DNA of 64,000 nt from Raillietiella orientalis. Lineage: Eukaryota. The notes under the pieces were generated by a model that was given only the letters and a program-made list of their open reading frames with translations, was not told where the DNA came from and made no database searches. A program made the translations under genes and the position numbers. This document shows positions 1-12,049 of this stretch, piece by piece (positions within the stretch are counted from its first letter, which is position 1; each line of letters begins with the position of its first letter). The DNA lies in contig JAYWIR010000085.1 of the NCBI GenBank assembly GCA_036172245.1, positions 186,001-250,000 on the forward strand, written 5' to 3'.

Positions 1-1599
1 AGAATTGTTTTCCATGTTTCCGTGGTTTTCCACGCTTTTTTCTCCTCTATGGAATCGCGCCTCCCTTCGAGAAAAGCAGAAGACGAAATAGCGGTACCAG
101 GGCCACTCTCTCTGAGGGAAAGGGCCTATAAGGATTATGAAGAATGCGCTACTGGGACCGTCTCCACTTAGCAGTTGGTTTTTGTATGTGTTCTTCATGC
201 TTTTCAAGAGCCATCGTCACAGAACTCTTCCACTGTATGTCGCGCAAGATTCCCCGCGGAGAAATCCAAAAGCATCCTGGATTAGACCAGAGCGATTCCT
301 GTCCTTTGAAGCAGAAGCTTCGGAGACCTTTTCTGGCATAACAAGACTTTTTCCTGCACTGCAGACATTTCGAAGATGAAATCTGCTTTCCTTTTCCGCA
401 TGCCCACCTATGAACCGCGAAGCAAGCCAGCTTCTTTTCTTGGAAAGATTCTACAGCAGGAGGAACTGTTTTATCATTCGATGGATTCTCATCCGGTGGA
501 GACAGGCATCCACGGACGGTTCAGGTGGAGGTGTGTCTCGAACCATCGGTTCTGAACAACCGAAGTAGAAATGATCAGCCCTTAGCAATAAGAACAAACC
601 TCACTAACGGGATCTGAGGAGCTGAGGTGGCAGGAAAGGATTTCATAGGTTCGTTTTAAGCTCGATTTTGGACTATGGAACCTCGAAGAGTTCGAGCTGA
701 TTTGGTGGCAGTGCTGATGGCCACTCACAGAGGTTTGCCAAAAGTCTTCGTAGGTTCCGCCCTGCCATCACAGTAGCAGGGCAGCTCGAATGCCTGCTGC
801 TATCCTCACTCGAGTTTCTCGTTTCGGTCTTGACAGTTTGCAAGAACCGCTGGCGAAGGCCAGTTGGATGGGCGTAAGTTTCGTGGGTCAGCCACTACGC
901 ATTCGGAAATACTCCTGCACCTTCCTCACTGGTCTATCACTTGGATTCGGATCTCGGGAAAGCATGCAACCGTCCGCAGGTCGGGAAACGCTTGCAACCC
1001 TGCCTGAAAGCAAGATGCTGGAATGCTAAGAGAGCATCAAATTACGATCTGAAAACGAGGCACGGTTCATTTCACTATAGCTGAATAAGAAGAAAACGGA
1101 AACATCGCGAGACTTCACTCGAACTTCCTTTTTTTTTCTTTTTAAGAAATCGAATATCTGTTTGGAAAGCATGCTTGTCATTGGGCAAGATAATCCTTTT
1201 TCCACCTTGGAGGCACAGAGCAACGGACTAAGAATTTCATATTTCTGAGTTTCTTCTACTAAAGGCATTCTTCTTCCTAGCCTTTCGAAGGTGAAAAATT
1301 TGGATAGCCTGGAGAAGACTTTGTCCCCTGAGATCTACTTGTTGTCTTTTTTCTTTCTGCAATCCTCAAGAGTGAAGCAGAAGTGGCTACTTGCCTGCGT
1401 TCGAAGCCAATTTTGAATTTAAAGAGGAGCATCTTTTGGGTTCTTGACAGCTCTTTCTTCCTCCTTTCCATTTGTTGGATATTCTGAATGCTACAGGGTC
1501 TGCAGCTAAGCTGGAGGTGACAGTGACAAATGGATCAGGAAGAATGTTGCAGATTTGTACACAAAGGCGTCAAGAACTTGAAAGGAAACGTCTTTGGAT

Positions 1600-2330
1600 C
1601 TGCAGAGTGCTTCCTTTCCTGATTCGGAAAAGGAATTATGATACTCAGCTTTACCTGGTTTCTTTGAAAGCTGTTTTCTCAAGGATGCGTCGTTCCGAGC
1701 TGCGTGCAGTTTCCCCAGAGAAAAGTGGCTGCTCACGCCATCAGCTCTCCTTCCGTCTCCCCTGGCCTATCCTCCAAAAGAAGAGCTCAGATGAGCGTGT
1801 GACTTTCCCCAAAGATGGAGCTGTTTGCTACAGAGACGGTTACAACCCAACCTTCATTCATCTTCCTGGGAAATTCTAAGCAGATATATCAAAAGATCTT
1901 TGACAAGAACCTCCAGTATAACAAACGCTTCCTTTGCCGACAGTTTTACGATCCTGAGGAAAAAATTCCGTTGCCAAGACAACGCCGGATGCCAGTTGCA
2001 CTGGAGTCCGACACCCATGGGTAACTGCGGGTTTGTCGTAATTCAAAAATGTCCCGATCATTCGCCCCCATTGACTCTCGTTCGCAAGTTCGAGGCTCTG
2101 TCCCTGGAAGTTACGCAATCTAGGAGGAACACTCGTCTATGGCATCGCACCCACAGGAGGCACAGAAACGAACGCCATTCAAGCGTAGCAGCTGCAGCAG
2201 AGTGGTTATCTTAAAACCGAAATTTGAAACGCTTTCTGTGGCTCCGTATAGGGTCGCTCGCTCACGCTGCGTGCCTCCGTCTTCTTCGGAGTTGGCATCC
2301 AATGCGTTCACGGTGTTCGGAAAAAGAGGA
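1600..2330 (-). mobile_element. Decayed non-LTR retrotransposon RT fragment
   Basis: Ordered frameshifted motifs: NFGFK/NHSAAA (QxGF..S), TGIR/GVVLATEFF (GxRQG.xLxPxLF), SHFSLGK (GLxxxxxK). Confidence 0.4.
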
Positions 2331-3225
2331 AGGGTGTTTAGTCCCGCGCAACTCCGAGACTCCAGCAAGCAGACTTATAGAGGCGGCGAAAACTCTCGGT
2401 GGTAGGCGCAAGGTCGAGGGTTCGAACTTCGGTGGGGAATCGGGCAAAGAAATTTGCTTCTCTCTTACGCATTTTCTGTGAGTCGAGCGTTCCCAGCAGG
2501 AAACTTTCCGATTTCCATCTCCATCAGGGCAGACCTTGCCTAAACCGGTCAATGCTCAGGAGGGGTGTCTTAGGATATCTTGTTCGAGGTGTTGGGATCC
2601 TTATCAGGCTAACGTGAGTCAATTCTGTCGGCTGTCGGGATGGGGAGATCGAATTTCAAATCACGTTTGGATGAGCTCTGCGCACCTCGCCTGTTTCCTA
2701 GGGTACTTTCTCACGCATCGTTTTTCCGGTCGATCTGCTAGAAGATTTCCTGCTGTGTTAATGGAAAGCTTTCCGTCCAGGTGCTCCAGGGTGCCTGTGT
2801 TAATGGGAAGCCATCAAGTCTGCGGTTTAGAAATGAAAGTGAACGGAGCGCGACACTCACTTTGTGCGAGAGCCAAGTGAGAGGGAGTCAGCAGTGAGTG
2901 GGCATTCATAATCAAGAACTCTGTTGCCGCTGAGGCAGGATCCTGATTATTGAGGTTGTTGACTTTTGGGCGTGTGCTGAGGAATCTGGCCGTAAAGCGG
3001 GGCCGAGCTCAAAGTCCTTCCGGAAACAGGAAGCGAAAATTGGCCTGCGTCGGAGGCCGTGTGGTTACGGTGGTCTCCGCGCGACACCATGCACCACACC
3101 GAAGGAATCGGCTCAGTGCGTCGTGGGTTCCGAGTTGACCCCACAAGATGACGCTGGTTGGCCAACATTCATCCGGGTGCGGCACTGGGAACGGTTGAAA
3201 CCGGATGCCCCAATGAGGACCGGGA

Positions 3226-3741
3226 CAAATGGGAATCGACCTCCGGGTCCTTCCAGGAATCACGGAGTGGGAGCTCCCCTCCGGTTCTGAAGTAGCGGAT
3301 CCCCCATTCCGAGGGGATCCTCCGCGTCGTACTGATGGAGTAGGTGTGTCGCCACTACCTCTCCAGAGAGTGCAGAGAAGCGAACCGATCCCTTCGGGGA
3401 AGCTGCGTCCTTCTGAATTTCGGAAGCGTCCCTTCTGGGTTCTCTTCAGAGAAGTAAAAACAGGATCGGATTCCTTGCGGAGAATCCCTCCGGAGAAGAA
3501 ATTCCAGGATCGGATCCTTTCCGGGTTCCCTTCAGAGAAGAAAGAATGGAGGAGACCCCCCGGCGGTCCTCCGGAGAGAATAAGGAAGGAGATTCCCATC
3601 TGGATTCCCCTTCGGAGACAACCAGGGTGGAGGTCTGCCCCCCTCTCCAGGGGGATCCCTCCCCAGGAGTGAGAGAAACGGACTCCGAGTCCTTCCAAGA
3701 TTCATAGGGCGACCTCTCCCGGGGAACCCCCTATCTTGAAG
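3226..3741 (+). repeat. Dispersed repeat copy A (diverged homologue of 20656-21142)
   Basis: Collinear similarity blocks, including the identical 26-mer CCCTTCGGAGACAACCAGGGTGGAGG at 3608-3633 and 21013-21038. Confidence 0.8.
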
Positions 3742-5401
3742 AATTACCCACCCTCGGGTGGCGTGGAACCGTGTCGAAGAACTGAGAAACAGGAAGCGAA
3801 AATTGGAATGTTAACATGATCAAATGGGTAAACAACAGATTGATCGGAGAATCAGCTAGAATGGATCCAACAAGAAGATAGAACACTGAAGGCTCTCGGT
3901 CGGTCTCATGCAAGTGAATGAGTTCGAGAGGAAATTCTCTTCTGCGTGGTTATTCTGGAAGAGTTTTCACCCATTTTCTCGCTCTGCACGAGTGATGGAA
4001 CGAGACTTTCGATTCCTTCATTGATTAAATGGAAAATTAGGAACATAAGCCACTTGAACTAGCACAAACTTAGAAAATAAAACATAAGCCAGAACCGTAA
4101 TCAGGCCATGACTCTTAATCACTGCGCTCTTCCTTCTTCCTTCAATACCAACTTTCGTTCCTCTCCAGATTGAAACCCTCCGTAACAACAGCCACATGAC
4201 AACATCCCTGCCAAATCTTTCACTTCTAGGAAATGTGGAGCCATCGTTCAATTCTGTGATGGCTTGCATTCTTCAGTTTAAGGGTGGATTCATAGGCATT
4301 AAGGGACGAAGTGGATATTCTTAATCAGAACAGTGAAGCATTAAAAAAGCAGGGAACCGGGATGAACAGGGATGTGGAATTGCATCTCCTTTGCAGGATC
4401 TTCGTGTGTTTGTAGAAACGGTAGTTTATGCTGGCACTACACGAATGTTACTCTAAGCCACAGATGCACTGATAGGCGGCAGCTTTTGCTGAGATAATCT
4501 TCCAAGGGGGCCTTTTTGGTTTGCATTTCCAATGGCTCATTCCTTTGATAGAATGAAACCGAAAGGAAATAGAGGCGTTCCTCTTTTGCGAAATTCCGTT
4601 TCCCTTCACATTGGGTGCTATTTCGGCACTGAAAATGCCACAGGACCCAGAAGGACGGAGGTGCAGTGCTGCACCTCCGTTCGAGTCTTACAGACAGGAG
4701 CACTGTCTTTGACAGCTTTGAAGATTCGCTGTTTCTCATTACACAGTGCTCAGGGAATCAACGCGCCCAGGCGACAAAAACCAGGAATCTTAGTAGCATC
4801 GGGAGACTTCCATGAAAGCAAAGCTCTCGAGTGGCAGTGCAACTCGCCAGCTTGGTCCCAGACAGTGAGAGAAGACAGCGCCAAATAGTCGCGAGGAAAG
4901 TAATCAAACACGGAATGAGGGAAAAGCAGCCAACAGTTCAATAGGGAAGTAATCAACCATGTGCTGCTCCAAGAAGAATCGCCAAACATTACCTATGAAA
5001 TATTTCATCTGAAACTCTTACAAAGCTATGGAAAATGTAGACAGCTAAAATCCAGCTTCCCTCTGCGATGTTTTTCTTTGAATTCCTCCTTCAATCTGGA
5101 AAATGCGTCCGTCTTGATGCACAAAAAATTGTTCTCATGGCTTCTCCTACTGGAATCATTATGCTCTCGGACCAAAAAAGCGGTAATGGAGGTAGCTGGT
5201 TGGCATCAGCTTTGTACTCTTACAATGCACATAATACTGGGTTGTGGGATTGGTGCATGTAAAAGGAAAATGCAGTTACATGGCAACGCGGTTACTAGTT
5301 TCTGAGAGAAACCGAAATTGCAATCAATGAAGGGCCGAGCCGGGCAGACTTTCTGGATAGTGTCGAATTGCGATGTGAATTTCGAGACAACTTTAGTTGT
5401 A

Positions 5402-5449
5402 AGTTCTACTGTAACCAAGCAGCTTTAGTTGCTTGGTTACAGTAGAACT
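5402..5449. repeat. Perfect 20-bp inverted repeat, 8-nt spacer
   Basis: AGTTCTACTGTAACCAAGCA / TGCTTGGTTACAGTAGAACT. Confidence 0.95.
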
Positions 5450-5909
5450 GTCACGGCCGGTTACTGAGATCTGCAACAGAAATCACGCTTTGCGTTCACT
5501 CCCTACTCATGTCTCCCGTTTTGCTTCACTCCTGCTTTCGTTCTCTAGGAAACAAGCGTCACTAAAATCATTTCGGTTCATGGTTTCATGTTCTCTGCCC
5601 TTATCTTAGAAAAAATGGATGATTCCGGGAAAGTAATCTGTATTCTTGCAAGCTAATGTTGTTCATTCTTCTTCTTTGGTTCCGTATAATTCGTTTTCAC
5701 AGCCTCCTTTTGTAGCTCAGAACCGCTTATTCCTCATTTTTTTTCCCTTCCTTTTTTCCGTATCAGAATTTCATCTCAGAATCCGAAAGAATTCCCGACT
5801 TATTGGCATGTTCAGGATTTCACTTACTCTGCTGATTTTTTTTTTTTTTTCACATTAACTGAGGTTTCAGTGACCTCGTTCTGCCTTCCTTTTTCCTTTT
5901 TTCCATGCA

Positions 5910-6348
5910 CAGTAGACTCCGTGTAACGTGGACCCGTATAACGCGGCGCACAAATGGCCACAGTCGTCGTATAACGCGTTGAATCAGCCGCGTGTGGATG
6001 AATTGTTCGTTGCGTGGCACGGTGTCAGCTCAGCTGCTTTTAGAAGGGGCACAAACCCGGAATTTGAGCTGCCGAGCAGCCAAAACAATAGGGCTGGGCA
6101 TACTATAGAAGTCCTTAGATTGATCAAATATCGACAGTCCTCCAAAAGCTTCTCTCTCTCTCTCTCTTTTTTTTTTCTAAATTAAATCGTACAACCTTGA
6201 ATTTCTTTTGTTTGAAAGTGAAATAATACATATCCTGTTGCAATAATTCTTAGGATACATTTCATGAATATTGCCACGTCTGCCTACTTATACCTTATAG
6301 GGTTCGTATAACGCGGAACGTATCTGAGAATAATGCGAAGGGCTACTT
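5910..6348. mobile_element. Degenerate pogo/Tigger-like non-autonomous DNA transposon (MITE)
   Basis: Left end CAGTAGACTCCG, imperfect right end CGAAGGGCTACTT followed by TA; subterminal motif CGTATAACGCG at 5935, 5968 and 6305, with a variant at 5920. Confidence 0.5.
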
Positions 6349-9300
6349 TACTTAAGCTGGTCCCCGTGTCTTATCAGTCCTTATTCCCCCCTCAGAAATG
6401 GAACCAGATCTCTGATACATTCCTCATGAGTTCTGATTTCATTGCTTTTCGAATACACAACTTTTTTTTATTTTGACAAGTCTGTTGACATGATGAGCGC
6501 ATCCGTTGTCTGCCTGCTCGATTGGTATATGACCCATTGAGCTCGGATATGCGTTTTTCCCTCCTTTCCGTAAATGAAGGAGGAGCAATCAAAACCCAGC
6601 TATTTGTTGTGGCCATTTCAGTCTCCCTCCCGATTTCCATCTCAACAGCGCCAGACCGGTGCCTTTTATCTAGATCTCAGCTTTGCGCTTTCCCTGTTTC
6701 TTGTGTACGTGCGACCTCACCTTCCACGTAGCAGCAGTGAGAAATCATCTCTGAATCAGGCAGTTGGGAGCGCTTCCAGAAATCACGAAAGGCTTTTCAG
6801 CTTTCTAGCAATGACATCGAAGAGAAATCTGTGCTCATGGTAGCCAACTGGAAGGCACGCAGAAGACCTCATCAGAGATGAGGATGTGTAGCGGTGCAAA
6901 TGGAACCCTTGCATACAAAGGAGCTCATGAAATGCAAGTGTTTGGCAGATCATCCACGGAGGTGAAGAACAGCTTTTCACTCGTAACAGAAGGGCAGCAA
7001 CTGAAGCGGTGACGACACAGGAGCAGGAGAACGGCCGCAACAGCACCTCTTTCGACATATGTGGATCTCGAATTTGGTCACTGGGGAAGCACGAAAACAG
7101 TAACCATGGAAAGGTGTCAGGTGCGGTTTCCACCAGCTTGAATTAACCAGGAGCATTTGAAAAAATTGAAATGGCCTTTTGATACTTGATTTCGGTGTCC
7201 TCCTTCCCTTTGGCTTTCGTCACGTAAGATGATCGAGAAAATTTGGAAGAGTCAGTTTGAAATTTCGCCTCCCTGAGGTGTCCGAAAATACAAAGGAATG
7301 TCATCGAGTGATTCATGCCAAAACGCAAGGAGTGTCTGAGATAATTGTTAGTGCACAGAAAAGGAAGAAGAGATTATTGTGTCGAGCGAAAATCTGTATT
7401 TGTAGATGGAGGAAGGACATTCTTGAAATCGGAGGGACGCCCACAAGGAATTTCAAAGTTCCCGATAATCATTCCAGGAAATTTTGACGGCTTGGGATTT
7501 ATACATATCCACTTTTGGAAAGAGTTGCTCGTACCCTTCAAGTCTTCATCATGACGAAGCTATGATCCTCGAGCGTTCATTCTCTGTGGGCGAGGGTTCT
7601 TTCGATGTCCATTCCTATACGTGCACTGGGAATTTTGGGTGCTCGATCACAACGTGTTCCCTTCCTTATGTGCCCCACATGTTTCTTCGGATTTTTTAGC
7701 TCCCTTGACAGCCCATCATTTTCCGTGTTTCAAGATTCCACAGGTACTACGGAGAGTTCTCCTATGCGCGTGGGCACTCTTTTGGAGGTCAGGCTCGATA
7801 CGTAAGCTCACCATGCTTCTCCAAGGAGTGTTCGTAGGAGTTCCGTATATGTGAGATGTCCAGTATGAGTGCATTTCCTTAGCAATCGGAGCGCCAGACT
7901 GGCTTCATCTTTGTGTTCATTTCCGAACCCGACGAACATTTTGGGTGTCCAAAAGACAGAAGACTTTCCCCCTTTCCATCACGCCTTCTATCCAAAGAAC
8001 CGATGATCTGACGTTTCACATCTTGAATAGCTGCTTCAATGGTTTCAAGCATTTTCAAGCTTCCCAAGTCAATGTCCGCATGCAAATGATGTAGGTGGAT
8101 CTCAGGTTGTTTTAGTGAGATGCATACTGTTTATTATATTGTACTAAAACAACAGGACTGTTGGGCACTACGTTCACAAGAGAAAGACACATTGAGACTG
8201 TATTCCCGCTACAGAATCTTAGCACTTTGATTTCGTCTTCAAAGCAAAGCGATTGTGATTTTGAAGAGTGTTTCTTAGTTCTGTCTTCATCGGACTTGAA
8301 TGCCTAGGTAAAATTCACCTGAGCGGAGATGTGAAATGATATTTGGTCAAAGAAGACTTCGCAGTCGTGCCATCAACCTTGCAAAGTCTCTGAAATTAAG
8401 AGGAAGCAACGGACTTCCTCTTAGTTGCAGCCAATTCCGTTTTTTTATGTTTGTTTTGCTCTTATATTGCCCACTCAACATGTCCTCTACCGATACAGCT
8501 TTCGGGTCATGACTGACTGCATTCTCAGGCTCCTCATAATCTTTCGCATTAAATTTTGCTTTAGATCAGCTTCCGAAAGTTTACGAAGCGATAAATTCTC
8601 GGGATGATGCCGGTTGCCCCAGTGACTGTTGCTCAAGTGACAGACCGACTGGGTTTCAAAGACATATGAGGTGCTTTTTGAAATCTTGAGGTTGCTGCAG
8701 CTTGCTAAGACCATTTAATCTTTTTTCTTGGGCGTTTGCATACGCTGTGCTTTGCACACAGCAAAGGCTATCTATATTCTTGAAGGACGTGGAGGATTTC
8801 CTTCCTGCTCCCTTGGCGAATGCTTTGAAGTTCATCAAAGGTCGGACCTTTCATGAAGCCTTGCCAGGCCGTTCTCCTGGAAGCGCCATCCGCGGTTGCG
8901 CATGCCATTTGTCCTCCTCTGATACAGAGCCTGAAACGGATCGAAGGAGCATATTAGGATCTCTTATTCGTGACCTCATATGCCTCATTGTCAACTGCGA
9001 ATCTCAAGGCCGTTCTGTGAATGAGAAGCGACTTGCAGCTCTTTCACGTCGAGGAAAGCCTTCCGTGAGATTTCCTTGTTTGCGGTTTGCAGAAGGAGAG
9101 GTCAGGATGAATCCGTTTCCCTGGTACTAGGGAATCTGGATCGGAAATTTCGCCTTTTAGGTCGTTCGGAGATTGACAGTGCTTCTGTGTCCTTTCATTT
9201 GCCTCAGGAGGTCTGCTTTTTCCACCTCGCTTCCTTGGGAATGCTGTCACGGCGAAAGGGATAAAGAAGGAAGCGAGAACAGGAATGCCCGTGATCCACA

Positions 9301-12049
9301 TTATGTATGGAAGCTCGAAGATGTGGCTGCTCAAAGAGTGTTGGTCTCACAGACCGGAAGGGAGCACACGTGACGGCTTGAAGGCTCGAGGCGAAAAGAG
9401 CCAACATGCGAGCACGCTTGTCCTCCTCCTCTCTGTTTCTAGAAAGGGCACACGGCCACCCATCTGGAACGATCAGGAAACGAGCAAAGTTTTCCAGCCT
9501 CGGGAGTGTGCTCTCAATGCTTTATGTAGTTGCGAATTCAAATGAGACGACGCTTCCTTCCTGCTTCTTGCCTGTCGCGACTTTCAGTGCTTCGGATACC
9601 CTGTGAGACGAACGATCCCGGGAAGCTGTACCAGCGGCTCCCAGCAGTGCGAACTGGGAAGATCATCGAGACACGGAGGGCATGTGACGGAATTCCCACA
9701 AGCGCGAGATTGAAAAGATAAACGCGTTCCTATGCAGAACGCCCGTTAATGGGAATCATTGTGATGGTAGAAGCAGGCACTTAGCGCTCCATTATAGATC
9801 CATACTAGGAGAAGAGAGAGGGAGGAGAGATCACACTCGAAAAGTAGAGGGGAAGATTCGTCCCGTGAGTGCCGATCAGGAACAGAAGACACTAAGATGG
9901 CTCGTCAGAGGAAGACCGAAAGCGAATATACAGAAGGGGTTTAATTTTTCGCAGCTCCCAAGCGATCTTTTGGAGAAGCACGGAGGCAAGGAGGGGTGGC
10001 AGAATCAGTCCATTTGTCACCTCGCATCTCCGCATCTCATGGACGCAGTGGGATGGAGTCCGTGCCCTCTGGAGCGACGGAAAGGGTCTCTTCAGAGGGA
10101 CAATTTCCTTGCGAAGCAAGAGCAAGCAACCTCCCAATAAACGTCGTCGTGGATTTTGAACAAAGACAGGAACGATTTTTTTTTTTCTGCAGCTTCTGGA
10201 GAGCCTTCTTGCTTTGTCATTGCCGACGAAGAGCTGGTCGGCGACGCCCATTCAAAGACATTCCTCTCTGAGGCTTTTCCATGAGGGCTCACCCCCAGGA
10301 TCCGAACTCGCAAGCCTTTCTGTCGGCACCGGGGTTTGGGTCAAGTCCGCTCGCCCGATCTTCGGGATTGCCCCTGAGAACAGGGTTTCATTGCTTTCCT
10401 GCCTTCTTCCATCGCTCTCTTGTACAGAAGAACCGTGCCGCTGCATCGGGCTCGCTTCATCGAGCGGTGTGAAGTCATGGACCACCGCTTGAGGTTTGTG
10501 GTTGGGTGAGGATCCTCGTGGTTTACTGCCCACGCCCCACGGAGCGGATTCCTTGAACTCCTAGGGAAGCACTTCCGGTGCACTCGATTGACTTTCTTCT
10601 GCATCCTCCGTGAGCACCCTTGGAGAAATCGCAAGCACCTCATTTCTAGAAAGGAAGAAAGAATCGATCCTTTCGCTTCCTTCACATCTCTAAAAAGGTG
10701 TAGGGATGTAAAGATGATGGCAAAGTTCGTTTTGTGGAAAGTCATCAAACATCTTACGAAGGATAAGAGCTTCTCTCCTACGTTTGTTCTTCCTCCTCTT
10801 CCATTTCTCATTTTCCTCGCCCTCTTCCATTCCTTCGAGTCTTTTCATCCTCCTCCTCCTCCTCTTCTTCCTCTTCATCCTCATCCTGCAAGGGTTCGCT
10901 CAAAGGAAGAACGTGTTGATAGCGGCGCTCACCGTTGAGATTTGACCCAAATCAGAAGAGCTGCTGAGGCGTACTACTTGAAAAATTCCGAGCTAGCACA
11001 CCTGGGAAACGACCCTGACCAAGGTGTTCCTGACCAGCGGAAATGGTTTGACCGTGAGATTCTGAAGGCTGAAACCTGTGGTGATCAAAACCCAAGCACT
11101 TCACCGTATTTTGATAGCTCCTTCGCTCCTGCTCGTTTCAGGAAGACAGGAGCTTTCTTGCACGCAGAGTAGCGCGTTCTTGAGACTCCGCAAGAGAGAG
11201 AGGTGAGCGCTGTCGTCCACCGCGGTAAGATCTCTGAACGTCCGCGCACACCATCTCCAGGGCGCCGTCGTGCGCGACGCGGAAAGGGGGCGCGCGAGAG
11301 CCTGCCATGCTGGTAGCGCTGAGAGTGGCGTCTTCTGGAACCTCAGGAGCGGGCAGCTTTTCTCCCCCTCCCTCCTTCCTTCCCCTCCATCCACCCGTGG
11401 ACGCTTGCCGGAGAGGAAGCCGTTCGTGCTGGTCCTCTGAGGCGCACCTCAGAGACTTCCCGACAGGCGTTCTCCCACAAAATCAAATTTGAGGGGGAGG
11501 AGGAGGGGGAGAATCGATCTTCCCTTCTCGGGTATCGCGAGTGAGGAACGGGAGGAGAAATTCGCGTTGCGTGTTTCATCGCGGATTCCATCTTCGTGAC
11601 CAACGTCTTCCATGCTCCGAAATAATCAATCCGGATGACACTAATAATCCCGAACAGGGGCCTGAAGTTCCGGGAGGAGCTTCCCGCTCGCATTCGCCTT
11701 CTCTGCGGCGGCGCGCGCGGGTACGGGAATGCCGTCTGGACGAAGGGTCCTGCGAGCGCGGCAACCGGGCGAGCAGCATCCGCGGCTGCACGGAAGGAGG
11801 GAGTCCCGAAGAGATGCTCTCGTCTCGGGAGGACACCTCCGCGCGCGCGCGCGTACTTCCTGCGGCGGCTCCCGCACGCTCGCCTTTCGTCACGGCCGCT
11901 CGGGGATCCGGGCAGTGGGAGGGCATCGCAGGGCTCCTCCTCCGCACAGGGTCGGCGGGAGCGCGGAGCGCGGCCACGGCGCAAGGGGAACGCTGAGAGA
12001 GGAGGAGGCCGCCGCCCTCGCGGCTCCTCCGCTTCCCAGCAAACCAACA

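Noticed and set aside
2395..2440. B-box-like GGTTCGAAC as a tRNA gene
   Set aside because: No cloverleaf and no A-box at the right spacing.
8490..8790. MULE-transposase-like peptides (KTYEVLFEIL, GVCIRCALH)
   Set aside because: Motifs are short and partly out of order; insufficient evidence.
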